A stretch of 63,608 nt of DNA, the filler included, from Octopus bimaculoides (Eukaryota), in NCBI RefSeq assembly GCF_001194135.2. It is 5 parts of 5 records of this genome, joined end to end, with 100 filler letters (N's around TTAATTAATTAA, not from the genome) between each part and the next. Parts side by side here need not be neighbours in the genome. Positions count along the whole stretch, not along the records: positions 30,301 to 52,575 come from NC_068985.1; 4 more parts are not named here. The stretch is one strand, 5' to 3'. The position numbers were made by a program, and so were the translations under genes. This document shows, piece by piece, positions 40,080 to 50,694 of this stretch (positions are counted from its first letter, which is position 1; each line of letters opens with the position of its first letter). The notes below the pieces were generated by a model, which worked only from the letters and a program-made list of their open reading frames with translations, made no database searches and had not been told where the DNA came from.

Positions 40080-40432
40080 AGCGCTGTGTCTTTATTCATG
40101 TGAGTATCTGATTGCAGTGGAGGCGCAATGACCCAGTGGTTAGGGCAGCGGACTCGCGGTCGGAGGATCGCGGTTTCGATTCCCAGATCGGGCGTTGTGT
40201 GTGCTTATTGAGCGAAAACACCTAAAACTCCACGAGGCTCTGGCAGGGGGTGGTGGTGACCCCTGTTGTACTCTTTCGCCCCAACTTTCTCTCACTCTTT
40301 CTTCTTGTTTCTTGAGTAACACTGCGATGGACTGGCGTCCCGTCCAGCTGAGGGGAACACATACGCCATAGAAACCAGGAAACCGGGCCCATGAGCCTGG
40401 CTAGGCTTGAAAAGGGCGCAAATAAAATAAAA
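40080..40432 (+). mobile_element. SINE with family C head but a different 3' module (CTGCGATGGACTGGCGTCCCGTCCAG...), preceded by a ~40-bp leader
   Basis: 40118-40311 aligns to the family C head and body up to TGTTTCT, then diverges; it ends in AAATAAAATAAAA. Confidence 0.8.
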
Positions 40433-40682
40433 ACAGGGAATAGTGATTGTGGTAGTCGGGTACTTGATGGCGCTGGAGGCACCCTACGGGTATGTAACTC
40501 TTGGTGAATAAGGGCTTGCCTGCCTATGCATATGAAGACTAAATCATGTTTTACTTCAAGATAAAAATTAAGAAAGAAAGAAAGGGAAAAAAACCATTAC
40601 GAATGTGAAGTTTCGACCATCTCAATCAAACCAAATTATTGATAAATAGTTGAGAAATAACGTGTAAACATTGTGTTTGCAG

Positions 40683-40790
40683 GAGGAACAACGCCGCAGA
40701 TATGGAATTATGTGTGACCGCATCTTGCCTTATTTGGAAAAGACTCTTGAGAGTAACAACAATGGCAATAAATGGTTTGTAGGAGATAAG
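40683..40790 (+). CDS. S-crystallin / sigma-GST-like gene, penultimate exon: EEQRRRYGIMCDRILPYLEKTLESNNNGNKWFVGDK
   Basis: tgtttgcag acceptor and GTAAGA donor; 108 bp, phase 0 to phase 0. R.LP.LE.TL..N.GG..WF.GD motif. Confidence 0.95.
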
Positions 40791-41005
40791 GTAAGATTAA
40801 TATTGATATTGATATTTTTTCAGTGTTCTTATTTTAATTGCATGGTTTCACTATATAACCTTACTTTATTTAACCCGGGAGCAACTTCGTGTTCCTTAGG
40901 TACATGAAGTGTCTTCCTTCAGTTATATTAAAAGGATTCTAAACAATATATGCGTAATGTATAGTAATACTAGACGCATTAGTAAATATTGGTAATACTA
41001 ATAGT

Positions 41006-41580
41006 AGGCGCAGGTGTGGTTGTATAGCAAGGCGGCGAGCTGGCAGAAACGTTAGCACGCCGGGCGAAATGCTTTAGCAGTATTTCGTCTGCCGTTACGT
41101 TCTGAGTTCAAATTCCGCCGAGGTCGACTTTACCTTTCATCCTTTCGGGGTCGATAAATTAAGTACTAGTTACGTACTGGGGTCGATGTAATCGACTTAA
41201 TTCCTTTGTCTGTTCTTGTTTGTCCCCTCTGTGTGTAGTCCCTTGTGGGCAGTTAAGAAATAAGAAGCTTGCTTCCCAGCTACATGCTTCCGGGTTCAGT
41301 TCCACTGCGTGGAACCTTGGGCAAGTTTCTTCTATTATAGCCTCGGATCGTTTAAAGCCTTGTGAGTGGAATCGATAGACGGAACTAATGGAAACCCGTC
41401 GTGTGTGTGTGTGTGTGTGTTCCACAACCGGTGTTGGTGTGTTTACGTCTCCAGATCGGAAAAAGAGACCTATAGGATAAGTACCATGTTTAACATAAAA
41501 AGTACTGGGATCGATTCATTCGACTAAAAAATTTTTAGGCGGTGCTCCAGCATGGCCGCAGCCTAATGACTGAAACAAAA
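41006..41580 (+). mobile_element. Family B SINE whose head is interrupted by a full-length family A SINE (41029-41261)
   Basis: The B head GGCGCAGGTGTGGTTGTATAGC is split from AAGAAGCTTGCTTCCC by a complete A copy: GGCGGCGAGCTGGCAGAAACGTTAGC ... CCCCTCTGTGTGTAGTCCCTTGTGGGCAGTTAAGAAAT. Confidence 0.85.
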
Positions 41581-41666
41581 GATTATACTGTTTTTGGTAC
41601 ATTGGTGTTTTGTCTTCGTGACATCCAATCACTCCCAAAGCAATAAGGGAGAATTTCTTTATTTTA

Positions 41667-41839
41667 GGCGCATGCGTGGTTGTGTAGTTGAGAAGCTTGC
41701 TTTTTAACCACCTGGTCTCGGGTTCGATTCCGGCGCGCAGCACTTTGGGTAAAAATCTTCTAATATAGCCCCGAGATGACCAAAATTTTGTGAGTAGGTT
41801 TCGTAATTGAAAACTGAAACAAGCCCGTCATATATGTGT

Positions 41840-41879
<40 letters not shown>

Positions 41880-42130
41880 GTGCGTGCGCGCGCGCGCGTT
41901 TATGAGTGTTTTTGTCTTTGCGTTTATCTCTCACCGCCGCTTGAAAACCAGTGTTGGTTTGTTTCCGTCCCCGTAATATATTGGTTCGGCAAAAGAAACC
42001 GATAGAATAAGTAACAGGATTAAAAATGAATACTGGAGGGCGTTTTGTTCGAGTACACCCTTGAAGACAGTGCTCCAGTATGGCCACAGTACATTGAGTG
42101 AAATAAGTAAAAGATGAAAAAAAAATAAAA
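41667..42130 (+). mobile_element. Family B SINE (diverged)
   Basis: GGGTTCGATTCC B-box, CACTTTGGGTAAA box, TG tract and GCTCCAGTATGGCCACAGT tail. Confidence 0.75.
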
Positions 42131-42436
42131 AGCTACATCAACGTCTAAATGACGCTATCTCAGGATTGTGCTTGAAAACAAAATCCCGTTGAATAACCTT
42201 GATCGCCTTATCAGTATGAATTGACACATCCAAGATTACGATAACTTAATCATCCCCTGAAGTACTTTCCGCTGTATGCGTATATTATTTGTTATCTTAA
42301 ATTAATGTGTACTCAAAAATAAGTTGGCGAACTGATAGAATCGTTAGCACGCCGGGCAAAATGCTTAGCAGCATTCTTAGTTCAAATTCTGCTGAGGTCG
42401 ACTTTGCCTTTCATCCTTTCGGGGACGATAAATTGA

Positions 42437-42658
42437 CCCATTAACTCCCACTGTCCTATAAATAGGACACTAAATGAAAACATTAAATAAGCTATATCAC
42501 ATTGTCTCAATGTCCCATTTATAGGACATTGAATATTTCCATTTCTACTTGAAGTAAAGGTGTTTTGATAATTGTTTTTTTCATTTTAACCTGTTTTCAA
42601 TCATTTGTAAAGATTTAAAACTAATATTCAGAAATTTAAGTATCTGGGGCTTAATGGG
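42437..42658. mobile_element. piggyBac-type MITE (222 bp) inserted at the TTAA of a family A SINE
   Basis: Termini CCCATTAACTCCC / GGGGCTTAATGGG are imperfect inverted repeats with CCC...GGG ends. Flanks are TTGA (mutated TTAA) and TTAA. Removing the element restores the SINE sequence GATAAATTAAGTACC. Confidence 0.75.
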
Positions 42659-42754
42659 TTAAGTACCAGTTGAGTACTGGAGTCGATGTGATCGACTTAC
42701 CCCTTCCCCCTGAAATTGCTGGCCTTGTGCCAAAATTTGAAATCATTATTATTA

Positions 42755-42975
42755 AAGCGGAGAACTGGAGGAATTGTTAGCACGTCGGACATAATGCTTA
42801 GCGGCATTTGATCTGTCTTTACGTCTTTACATTCTGAGTTCAAATACTGTCGAGATCAACTCTACTTTTCATCCCTTTCGAGAGTCAATAAAATAAGTAC
42901 CAGTTGAGCACTGGGCTCGATGTAATCGACTTGCTCCCTCCCCCGAAATTGCTGGCCTTGTGCCAAAATTTGAGA
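42755..42975 (+). mobile_element. Family A SINE
   Basis: aaagcggagaactggaggaattgttagc..gagttcaaatact..gtcaataaaataagtaccag..gtgccaaaatttgagacc. Confidence 0.75.
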
Positions 42976-43176
42976 CCAATTTTACCTAAAATAACTGTAA
43001 TAATTAATAGTTATAGTTGTTATGTATTCATTGCGTGCACATAGATATTCTGTTGTGCAGAAAGTAATAAGAATGAGAGAGAAACATTGCTTGTGTATAT
43101 CATTTTCAAACCGACTTATATGGTATATAAATATGTATATGTGATTTTGAACTAATCAAATTATTTTTTGTATGTA

Positions 43177-44454
43177 TTGGGCCATCCTATAAATAATGTG
43201 GTATTTTTATACTTCTTTATTTTTTCAAAATCAAGATAAACAAATTTCTTTTTTAATCTAAAATATACTACTCTTCATTTTCTACAATATTCTTCCACCT
43301 ACCTGGTAGAATTGTAAGCCACCCCACTTCCAAAATTCATTTGTCCGAGACGAAAAATACTCCTCCAGTACTGTTCTCAGCTCGTCTACAAAATTCATAT
43401 TTTTTCCGTCCAAATGATTTTGAAGACTGCGGAACAAATGATAATCAGATAGGACAATGTCCGGCGAATATGGTAGATGGGACATCGTTTCCCATTCAAA
43501 CTGCTCAAGCCTTTGGAATATCATCCTCGCTGTATGTAGCCAAGCATTAGTCTAATGGAAGAACGACTCTCGTCTTGAAACTAAAGATGGTCGTTTTTCT
43601 TCTAGTGCTGACTTAAGCCGCTCAAGCTGCTCGCAGTAGATCTCCTTTGTTATCGTTTGGTTTGGGTTTAAAAGCTTAAAGTCCATTAAACCTTTCATAT
43701 CCCACCAGATAACAACACCTTACGTGAGTGAAGACCTTCTTTAGCCTGTGGTGCTAGTTTTTCTCCTTTCCCTACTCACTGTCTTCGGCGCTTGACATTT
43801 TCATAGAGAACCCATTTCTTGTCACCAGTCACTATTTGGTCCAGAAAAAGGTTCATTCGTGAGACATGACAGCAAAGAAGAGCACGCATTCACTCTCAGC
43901 GCGCGATTAGACTTGGAAAGTTTGTGAGGAACCCATTGACCCAATTTGTTGACTGTTCCGTTGGCACACAGGTGTCGATGAATGGTTGAATGACCAAATC
44001 CAAGCTTTTTTGCTAGTTCCTTAACAGTTTCGATGAGATTTTGTTCCACCAGGGTTTGCAGGATTTCCTCGTCGAGCTCTACAGATCTTCCAGGACAAGG
44101 CTCGTCTTCCAGGCTGTAGTTTCTGGCTCGGATCCACCTTTGACACTGGCTTACGCTTATTGTCCGATCCCCATATTCTGCATTAATATTCCTCGCACTT
44201 TCCGTTGCGTTGTTGCCTTTATTGAACTCATAAAGCAAAATATGCCAAATATGCTACTTAGTCACTTGCATAATAGTTTTGAAAAAATAACTGTTAAAAT
44301 CGAACTGCACTCTTCAAAACTTTCACTAGGAGTAAGTACAAGGTAATATTACTACCTGCTTTTATAGCAAGTTGATGCAGATAGGTTATCCCGTCCCACT
44401 CCTACTTTTAGTTCATGCAATTGAAAAAACCGCATTATTTATGGGATGATCCAA
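43177..44454 (-). mobile_element. Full-length (1278 bp) inactive mariner DNA transposon in the last intron of the S-crystallin gene
   Basis: ~30-bp imperfect TIRs (TTGGGCCATCCTATAAATAATGTGG / CCGCATTATTTATGGGATGATCCAA), TA on both flanks, typical mariner length. Confidence 0.93.
43253..44271 (-). pseudogene. mariner transposase pseudogene
   Basis: MQVTK*HIWHILLYEFNKG..RGRS-like linker..LGQWVPHKL..IVTGDKKW..LPYSPDIVLSDYHLFRSLQNHL. In-frame TAG at codon 6, several frameshifts, and the second catalytic Asp (HQDNA) is lost. Confidence 0.9.
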
Positions 44455-44529
44455 TAATTATTTATAGTAGTTTGTAATATATTAGTTATTTTATGGAGTA
44501 AATTAGAGATCTGTTTTACATTTCATTAG

Positions 44530-44694
44530 ATCCTTATGTGTGACCTGATGTGTTATTCGGTACTGGAGAATCCATTGCAAGATAAACCCAGCTTACTGAA
44601 GGATTATCCCAAACTGCAAGCTTTGCGGAAGAGAGTGGCCGAACACCCGAAAATTTCCCAATACATTAAGAGGCGTGAGAAAACCGAGTTTTAA
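44530..44694 (+). CDS. S-crystallin / sigma-GST-like gene, terminal coding exon: [54 protein letters not shown]
   Basis: tttcattag acceptor, phase 0, 54 codons plus TAA. The CD.MC...LENP..YPKL.ALR.RV..HPKI..Y.K.R..T.F C-terminus is characteristic of S-crystallins. Confidence 0.96.
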   Translation: MLMCDLMCYSVLENPLQDKPSLLKDYPKLQALRKRVAEHPKISQYIKRREKTEF

Positions 44695-44808
44695 ACAGCT
44701 ACACTTACAAAGATATTTATATATATACATACGCATATGTGAACATACATACATACATACATACAAACGCACGTGTATGCATATATGAGTCAAGCAAATA
44801 TGGTGAGA

Positions 44809-44845
44809 AATAAAGATATTTAAAATGAAGCAAAATAATAATAAA
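44809..44845 (+). terminator. Candidate polyadenylation signals (AATAAA at 44809-44814 and 44840-44845)
   Basis: Canonical hexamers 115-150 nt after the stop codon; actual use is not demonstrable from DNA. Confidence 0.5.
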
Positions 44846-45634
44846 GTGCTAAAAAAGATTCAAAATATTATAATCAAATTTCTGGCATGCTTTATATAAA
44901 ACAGGTTAACTAACTTTTAAAAAAGACATTTTTTTTTGTTCATGCTTTATTATACAGAAGGGCACTAATAGCAGAATGTTATGCTTTTCGAAATAAAGCG
45001 AAATCTCTCCTCTGCTCAGAGTTAAATTCTGCTTTGGTCAATTTTGTTTTCCTTCGTTCCAGGAAATGATAAGTACAGTTTTATACCACCTTGATTAGTA
45101 ACAGAGGGGACTAAAGTTAATCTACTGTCGACACTAAACAGTGAAGTATAGTCACGATACATTGTAGTTCACTGTACTGTGTCGAAGGTCAAGACATTTA
45201 ACTGTCAACTATCCAGTTTTCTCAGCACTATATAGGTAATATAGTGTGATATAGTTCTGTACGAAGAAGAACATTAAAGCAGGTTGCAATTTTTGATAAA
45301 CAAAATTTTATTCTTCTCGTACACACTCTTCTCTAAGAAGGGGTAAGCAACTAGGAAGGGGAGATCACGTCGACGCTCCCCTTCATTAAATTCCACACAC
45401 AGAATACGCTACGGTAGAAGATACTTACCCGAGATGCCCACTACAAAGAAGGAAGGCGTGCTTTCAAAACGAAAACCTTGACACCTACGATCATGAGGGA
45501 TCTTAAATGCTGAGTAATTTTCAGGCGAAGAAACAAAACAATGCAAAACAAACAAAAAAGAAATGAATCAATAATTTCAATTTCGATTACCAATTGTACA
45601 CGGATCCTTTACATATATCGCTATCATCTGAAAA

Positions 45635-46162
45635 GTGGCGAGCTGGCAGAATCGTTAGCACACCGGACAAAATGCTTAGCGGCATTTCATCCGTCTGCTC
45701 GTTCTCAGTTCACATTCTACCGAAGTCGATTTTGCCTTTCATCCTTTCGGAATTGATAAAATAAGTATCAGCTGAGCACTGGGGTCGATGTAATCGACTA
45801 GTCCCCACCCCAAAAATTACTGCCCTTGTGCCAAAATGTGAAACCAATATCGCTATCACCTTTGATATATAATTGCTGAAACACTGGATAATCATATAAG
45901 GCGATTTTTGTTATTGTTCAGGCGATGACCATCCTGTGTTATGTAATCTTTCTGACTCTAGGCACAAGGCCCAAACTTTTGGGGGTAGGGGGCCAGTCGA
46001 TTAGATCGACTCCAGTGCACAACTGGTACTTAATTTATCGACTCCAAAAGGATGGAAGGCAAAGTCGACCTCGGCAGAATTTGAACTCAGAACATAAAGA
46101 CAGACGAAATGCCGCTAAGCATTTCGCCCGGTGTGCTAACGTTTCTGCCAGCTCGCCGCCTT
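45635..46162. mobile_element. Tail-to-tail inverted pair of family A SINEs (45635-45847 +, ~45950-46162 -)
   Basis: Two near-complete copies in opposite orientation about 100 bp apart. Confidence 0.85.
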
Positions 46163-48199
46163 TGCTGTGTTATGTAATGGAGTAAATCGTATTATGTTCC
46201 ATTATCAGTACTTTCTGTCCATACATATTGAAGTCAAAGTGTAGAATGGAAGAAATGATGTTGATGCCTGCCCTAAAATCATTAGTATCATATGTAATGA
46301 GTAATAACAACTATAAGTGATTGCACTTTCACTGTGGAACTTACCGCGTTATAATATCATAAGAGAAGAAACAACGAGCTTCTATCTAATTGCTCAATTT
46401 GTGAAAATAGCTGCACAGAGGTACAGTACACAGACATTGTCGTTCCAGATACCATTAAAAAGACAAGTTTGTCGCAGTCGGAATGGCTGTGATCAGAAGT
46501 CAATATGTTAACTTGGTCGACCAAGGATTTTGGTCGACCATGGATTTTTCTCGCACCCCACATTTTCTCGGTGTTTAACCTAGGAGGGAAGGGCAGCATT
46601 CAGGATACATTTTTTTCAGGGATTCTGAAACTTCTGGGTGAAAGAGATGAAGTTATCCTCCGACTGGTGATCTGACCCGAATACTTACAGCAGAACGAAC
46701 TCTGCTAAAGACCCCCAGGGGCCAGCTGGTGGTCTTAAACTGGGTGATGAATTAAGTATATTATCCAAAGAAGAGAATAGTCTTTCCTGTAGATTTCCAC
46801 ACAGTTTTAGTCTCCTAAATTTCACCTACAAGGCTTTAATTGACAAACAAGCTATAGCTAAAAACAATCGCTCAATACGAGACGCGGAGGGATTCAACCC
46901 GAAACCGCTTAGTTGTGAAGCAAGCTTTTTAACAACGCAGCTATACATTGTTTTTCAAAGGTATTGTTACAGACGACCATTGCTTGATTTAGAGAATTTA
47001 TTGATTCAAAAAACGTTTGATGTATGGGTTTTCTTGTCTCAATTTATTAACATTTGCAGCCTTGCCGTCTGTATCAATTATTTTGTTACTTCGTAATGGC
47101 TACTAATGGCAATCATAAGTCGCTGTATTTACAAATGCCAAGATAAATAAATGCCCTTTATGTAAAGAGAAAGGCGACACTGGAAACGAAAAAAAATAAT
47201 TGATTAGCAATATGATTAATATTATTTCACACGCATTGTTTTTAAAGTAATATTTCATTACCTTCCTTTTATCGTTGAATGCAACTTAATACATAAAATT
47301 ATTTTGATGGAGTAATTGATGCATACACACCAGAACAGAAGAGTATTTTGGTAGTGTTTTATTCCTCTGGAAAAATTTAACGCGATATCAATTAATTAAT
47401 TAAGCAATCAAATAATCAATAATCTAATTAATAGGAGGCAACACCCGTAAGATCGATTCGATGCACTTCTTGCCCAGATTGTATTCATGTATGTCAGAAC
47501 TTGTAGTTTCTTGTCGGTGATTTTCTCATAATTAAAATCATAGAAATAGTGTCGAGATAGAAAGGCATGTACATCGAATTGGTCAAGGTTTTCAGATCGG
47601 TTGCTCAGAGAAATAGCAGTCATTGTTGTAACTCTAAATGAGGCAACATGACTGAGCTGGGTGTGGTTAAAGCAAACCAGGTAAATGATGTCCAATTGGA
47701 TGTGATATAAGATGTTTGTGTATGAAGTAGTAATGTCGCCTCCGTAGTTACGAGTAATATTCTAATGAGTCATATAAAAACTTTGAAGGGAATCGAAAAC
47801 TGACCAAAGCCGTATGTTGTTCAGACCCAGAAAAGGAATCGCAGTCTTTATAGGGCAGTTTTATATAAGTGTTATATAAGAACGGTTACCCTGGTAGATC
47901 TTTTTAGGCTTCATATTTAAAGTATCTTGTCGTTTATATGCAAGAAATACGATAAAGTGTAATGCTAAAACTATTTTTTTTTTTAGTATGAGTGGCAACT
48001 GTGAAGTACGCCACATTCTCATGTCTCTATTGAAAAATGTTTTTGAGATCTGTGATTATGAAAGCAGAATAGGTAAGGCGTGAAGTATATTGTTGCGTGT
48101 GGATAATGAGTATGTACAGAAGATTAAGTAATACAGAGCTTTAACGCCTGACTAGAAAGTTCCATTCCATAAATTGAGAGAGAGAGAGAGGGTGTGTGG

Positions 48200-48560
48200 G
48201 AAGATATTTAGAAAGTCCTCGTACCAAACACGAGGGTTCAGCGACGACATAGATTAGAGAAGGCAAACCTATGCTTCAAGTGTCAGCAGTGACATGCCGT
48301 ACGTCGTTTAGGTGGCACGCAATGAACTTTGAAAAAAATCTCCCTGTAATATCATATTATAAAAAAACTTAACCATAAGCATTTACCTAAAACCAAAATA
48401 CTTGTCTATATGCAAGTAGTACTCTAATATTAGGATTACTGAGGAATTAAAATTTCGATACTAAAGTAGGTAGGTTTGCTACCACTGCTGAGGAAATTCC
48501 ATCGCTTTCTCGACTGCACATGAGGTAGTGAATTGGGAGGTAAAGAAATTGAGAAACTTG
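48200..48560 (+). mobile_element. Possible highly degenerate RTE-like LINE fragment
   Basis: Weak motifs in order: RYLESPRTKHEGSATT*IR (YLGS..G....EI.RRI-like), KHLPKTKILVYMQVVL (L..KTK..VY..VV) and LRKFHR. Confidence 0.35.
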
Positions 48561-48660
48561 CAATGTATACATACACAATGGAAAACACGTGGAAAACAAT
48601 TGGACAGCTTTATCAAAAGTATGCTATTGTAAAGGTAGAACTATTTTAATTGAGGAACAA

Positions 48661-49340
48661 CGAAAAGAAGAACTCTGCATAGTTGATTGAGAGCTCCTTG
48701 CTCGGGCACCGAAATGCTTTGCTGCAAATTTAGAGGCGAGAAATTATGCAGGCTGCGTAGTAAACAGGATACGTTGCGATGGTGTTATGACAGCTTTTCA
48801 GTTAAAGATGATGAGTAACTTTCACCGGGTGTTGTAGAGTTGATAGTCTTCGTTGATAATCTTCGTTATATTCATAATTGCAGTAAAGTGTACAATGTCA
48901 GCAGTTAGTGCTGTGAGATTTAGTAATGTGAGAAGTGTAGTAAGCTACAGTGATAAGCTATCCCACAATGTCTACTGGTTCAGAGGTAAGGTGCATTTGC
49001 TATTCAAGGCAGTTAACAGAGAATTTAAGAGAAACGACGGAAAGAAAGATTCTGCATAGTTGGGTGAGGGCGCATTGCCCAAGCACCGAAAAGCTTTGCT
49101 GCAAATTTAGCGCCAGGGAAATTATGCAGACTGAGAAGTAAACGTTGCGGCGGTGGTGGATAACAGCTTTTCAGTTAAAGATAGTATCATTGTACACTTT
49201 ACTGCAATTGTGCAGATAACGAGGACTATCAACTCTGCAAGTTGCACACCATCTTTAACTAGGAAGCTGTTCTCCACCACTGCAGCATCTGTTATGTATG
49301 CAGCCTGCATAATTCCCTGCCTCTAAATTTGCAGGAAAGC
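48661..49340. repeat. Local direct plus inverted triplication of a ~90-180 bp segment
   Basis: 48661-48810 is similar to 49035-49182 (direct). 49188-49340 is similar to the reverse complement of 48718-48897 and includes a perfect 20-bp TTGCAGTAAAGTGTACAATG match. Confidence 0.85.
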
Positions 49341-49414
49341 TCTGACTATATATTCTGTGGAGGGGTGAATATAAGAGGTAGAACGTAGATTTCATTGATC
49401 GGCTTGTGATCAGA

Positions 49415-49935
49415 TTGTTGGCACTCCGTCGGTTACGACGAGGAGGGTTCCAGTTGATCCGATCAACGGAACAGCCTGCTCGTGAAATTAACGTGCAAGT
49501 GGCTGAGCACTCCACAGACACGTGTACCCTTAACGCAGTTCNNNNNNNNNNNNNNNNNNNNNNNNNNNNNNNNNNNNNNNNNNNNNNNNNNNNNNNNNNN
49601 NNNNNNNNNNNNNNNNNNNNNNNNNNNNNNNNNNNNGGGGGGGGGGGATATTCAGCGTGACACAGTGTGACAAGGCTGACCCTTTGAATTACAGGCACAA
49701 CAGAAACACGAAGGAAGAGTGAGAGAAAGTTGTGGTGAAAGAGTACAGCAGGGTTCGCCACCATCCCCTGCCGGAGCCTCGTGGAGCTTTAGGTTTTTCG
49801 CTCAATAAACACTCACTACACCCGGTCTGGGAATCGAAACCGCGATCTTATGACCGCGAGTCCGCTGCCCTAACCACTGGGTCATTGCGCCTCCACTGCA
49901 ATCAGATACTCACACGAATAAAGACACAGCGCGGT
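49415..49935 (-). mobile_element. Family C SINE with a ~40-bp 5' leader (internal gap)
   Basis: Body matches 6980-7362; 49896-49935 is the reverse complement of 40080-40118. Confidence 0.87.
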
Positions 49936-50354
49936 GTTTTGAACTCATAGCTTAAAGAGCCGAGCCAAATACCGTAGTGCATTTTATCAGATACTTAAAC
50001 GACACTACCAGTCGTTGCCAGCTACGCTGTCAACGAATAAAATTGACAAGAGGCTTCTAACAAATTATGAGAAAATGAGTATTAAGCTAGGAAGACTGGT
50101 ACGTTAGTGATATATTCATTTCTGTATCGTTTGTGACTTGCTTTTAATATGATTATTATGTATGTAGTGGTAAATATGCCGGGACACGCGCGCGGCGCGC
50201 ACACACACACACGCACACACACACACGCACACACACACACACGCGCGCACAAAAACTCACACATATTTGGGAATAGTCGAAGATTCCACTCCTTCGTTAT
50301 TCCGAGTCTCACACACGTAACACTCGTCGGTCAAACAAAATATTGCAAAAGAGG

Positions 50355-50660
50355 TTCTCCATCGGTTACGACGATGAGTGTTTCAGTTGGTTCGATCATC
50401 ACATCAGCCTGTTCATGAAATTAACGTGCAAGTGGCTGAGCACTTCACAGACGTGTGTACCCATAACGTAGTTTTCAGGAGGTTCAGCGTGACAGAATGC
50501 GACAGGTATAGAATTTTGGAATACAGGTACAACTCATTTTCGCCACCTGAGTTGACTGGAGCAACGTGAAATAATGTCTTGCTCAAGGACACAACGCGCT
50601 GCCGGGAATCGAACTTACGACCTAACGAGCGTGATCCAAATACTTCTAACGACTAAGCTG
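50355..50660 (-). mobile_element. Older SINE carrying the family C tail on a different head (GTTGTGTCCTTGAGCAAG box)
   Basis: 50355-50530 aligns to the C tail (GAAATTAACGTGCAAGTGGCTGAGCAC). 50540-50660 carries TCTTGCTCAAGGACACAAC and GGGAATCGAAC; the same head occurs at ~33280-33380 (+). Confidence 0.7.
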
Positions 50661-50694
50661 CATACTTCAACGACATATAGACTTACATACATAC

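Noticed and set aside
47400-47780. 95-aa minus ORF and a + strand HVHRIG string like DEAD-box motif VI
   Set aside because: The motif is isolated and flanked by stops, with no other helicase motifs nearby.
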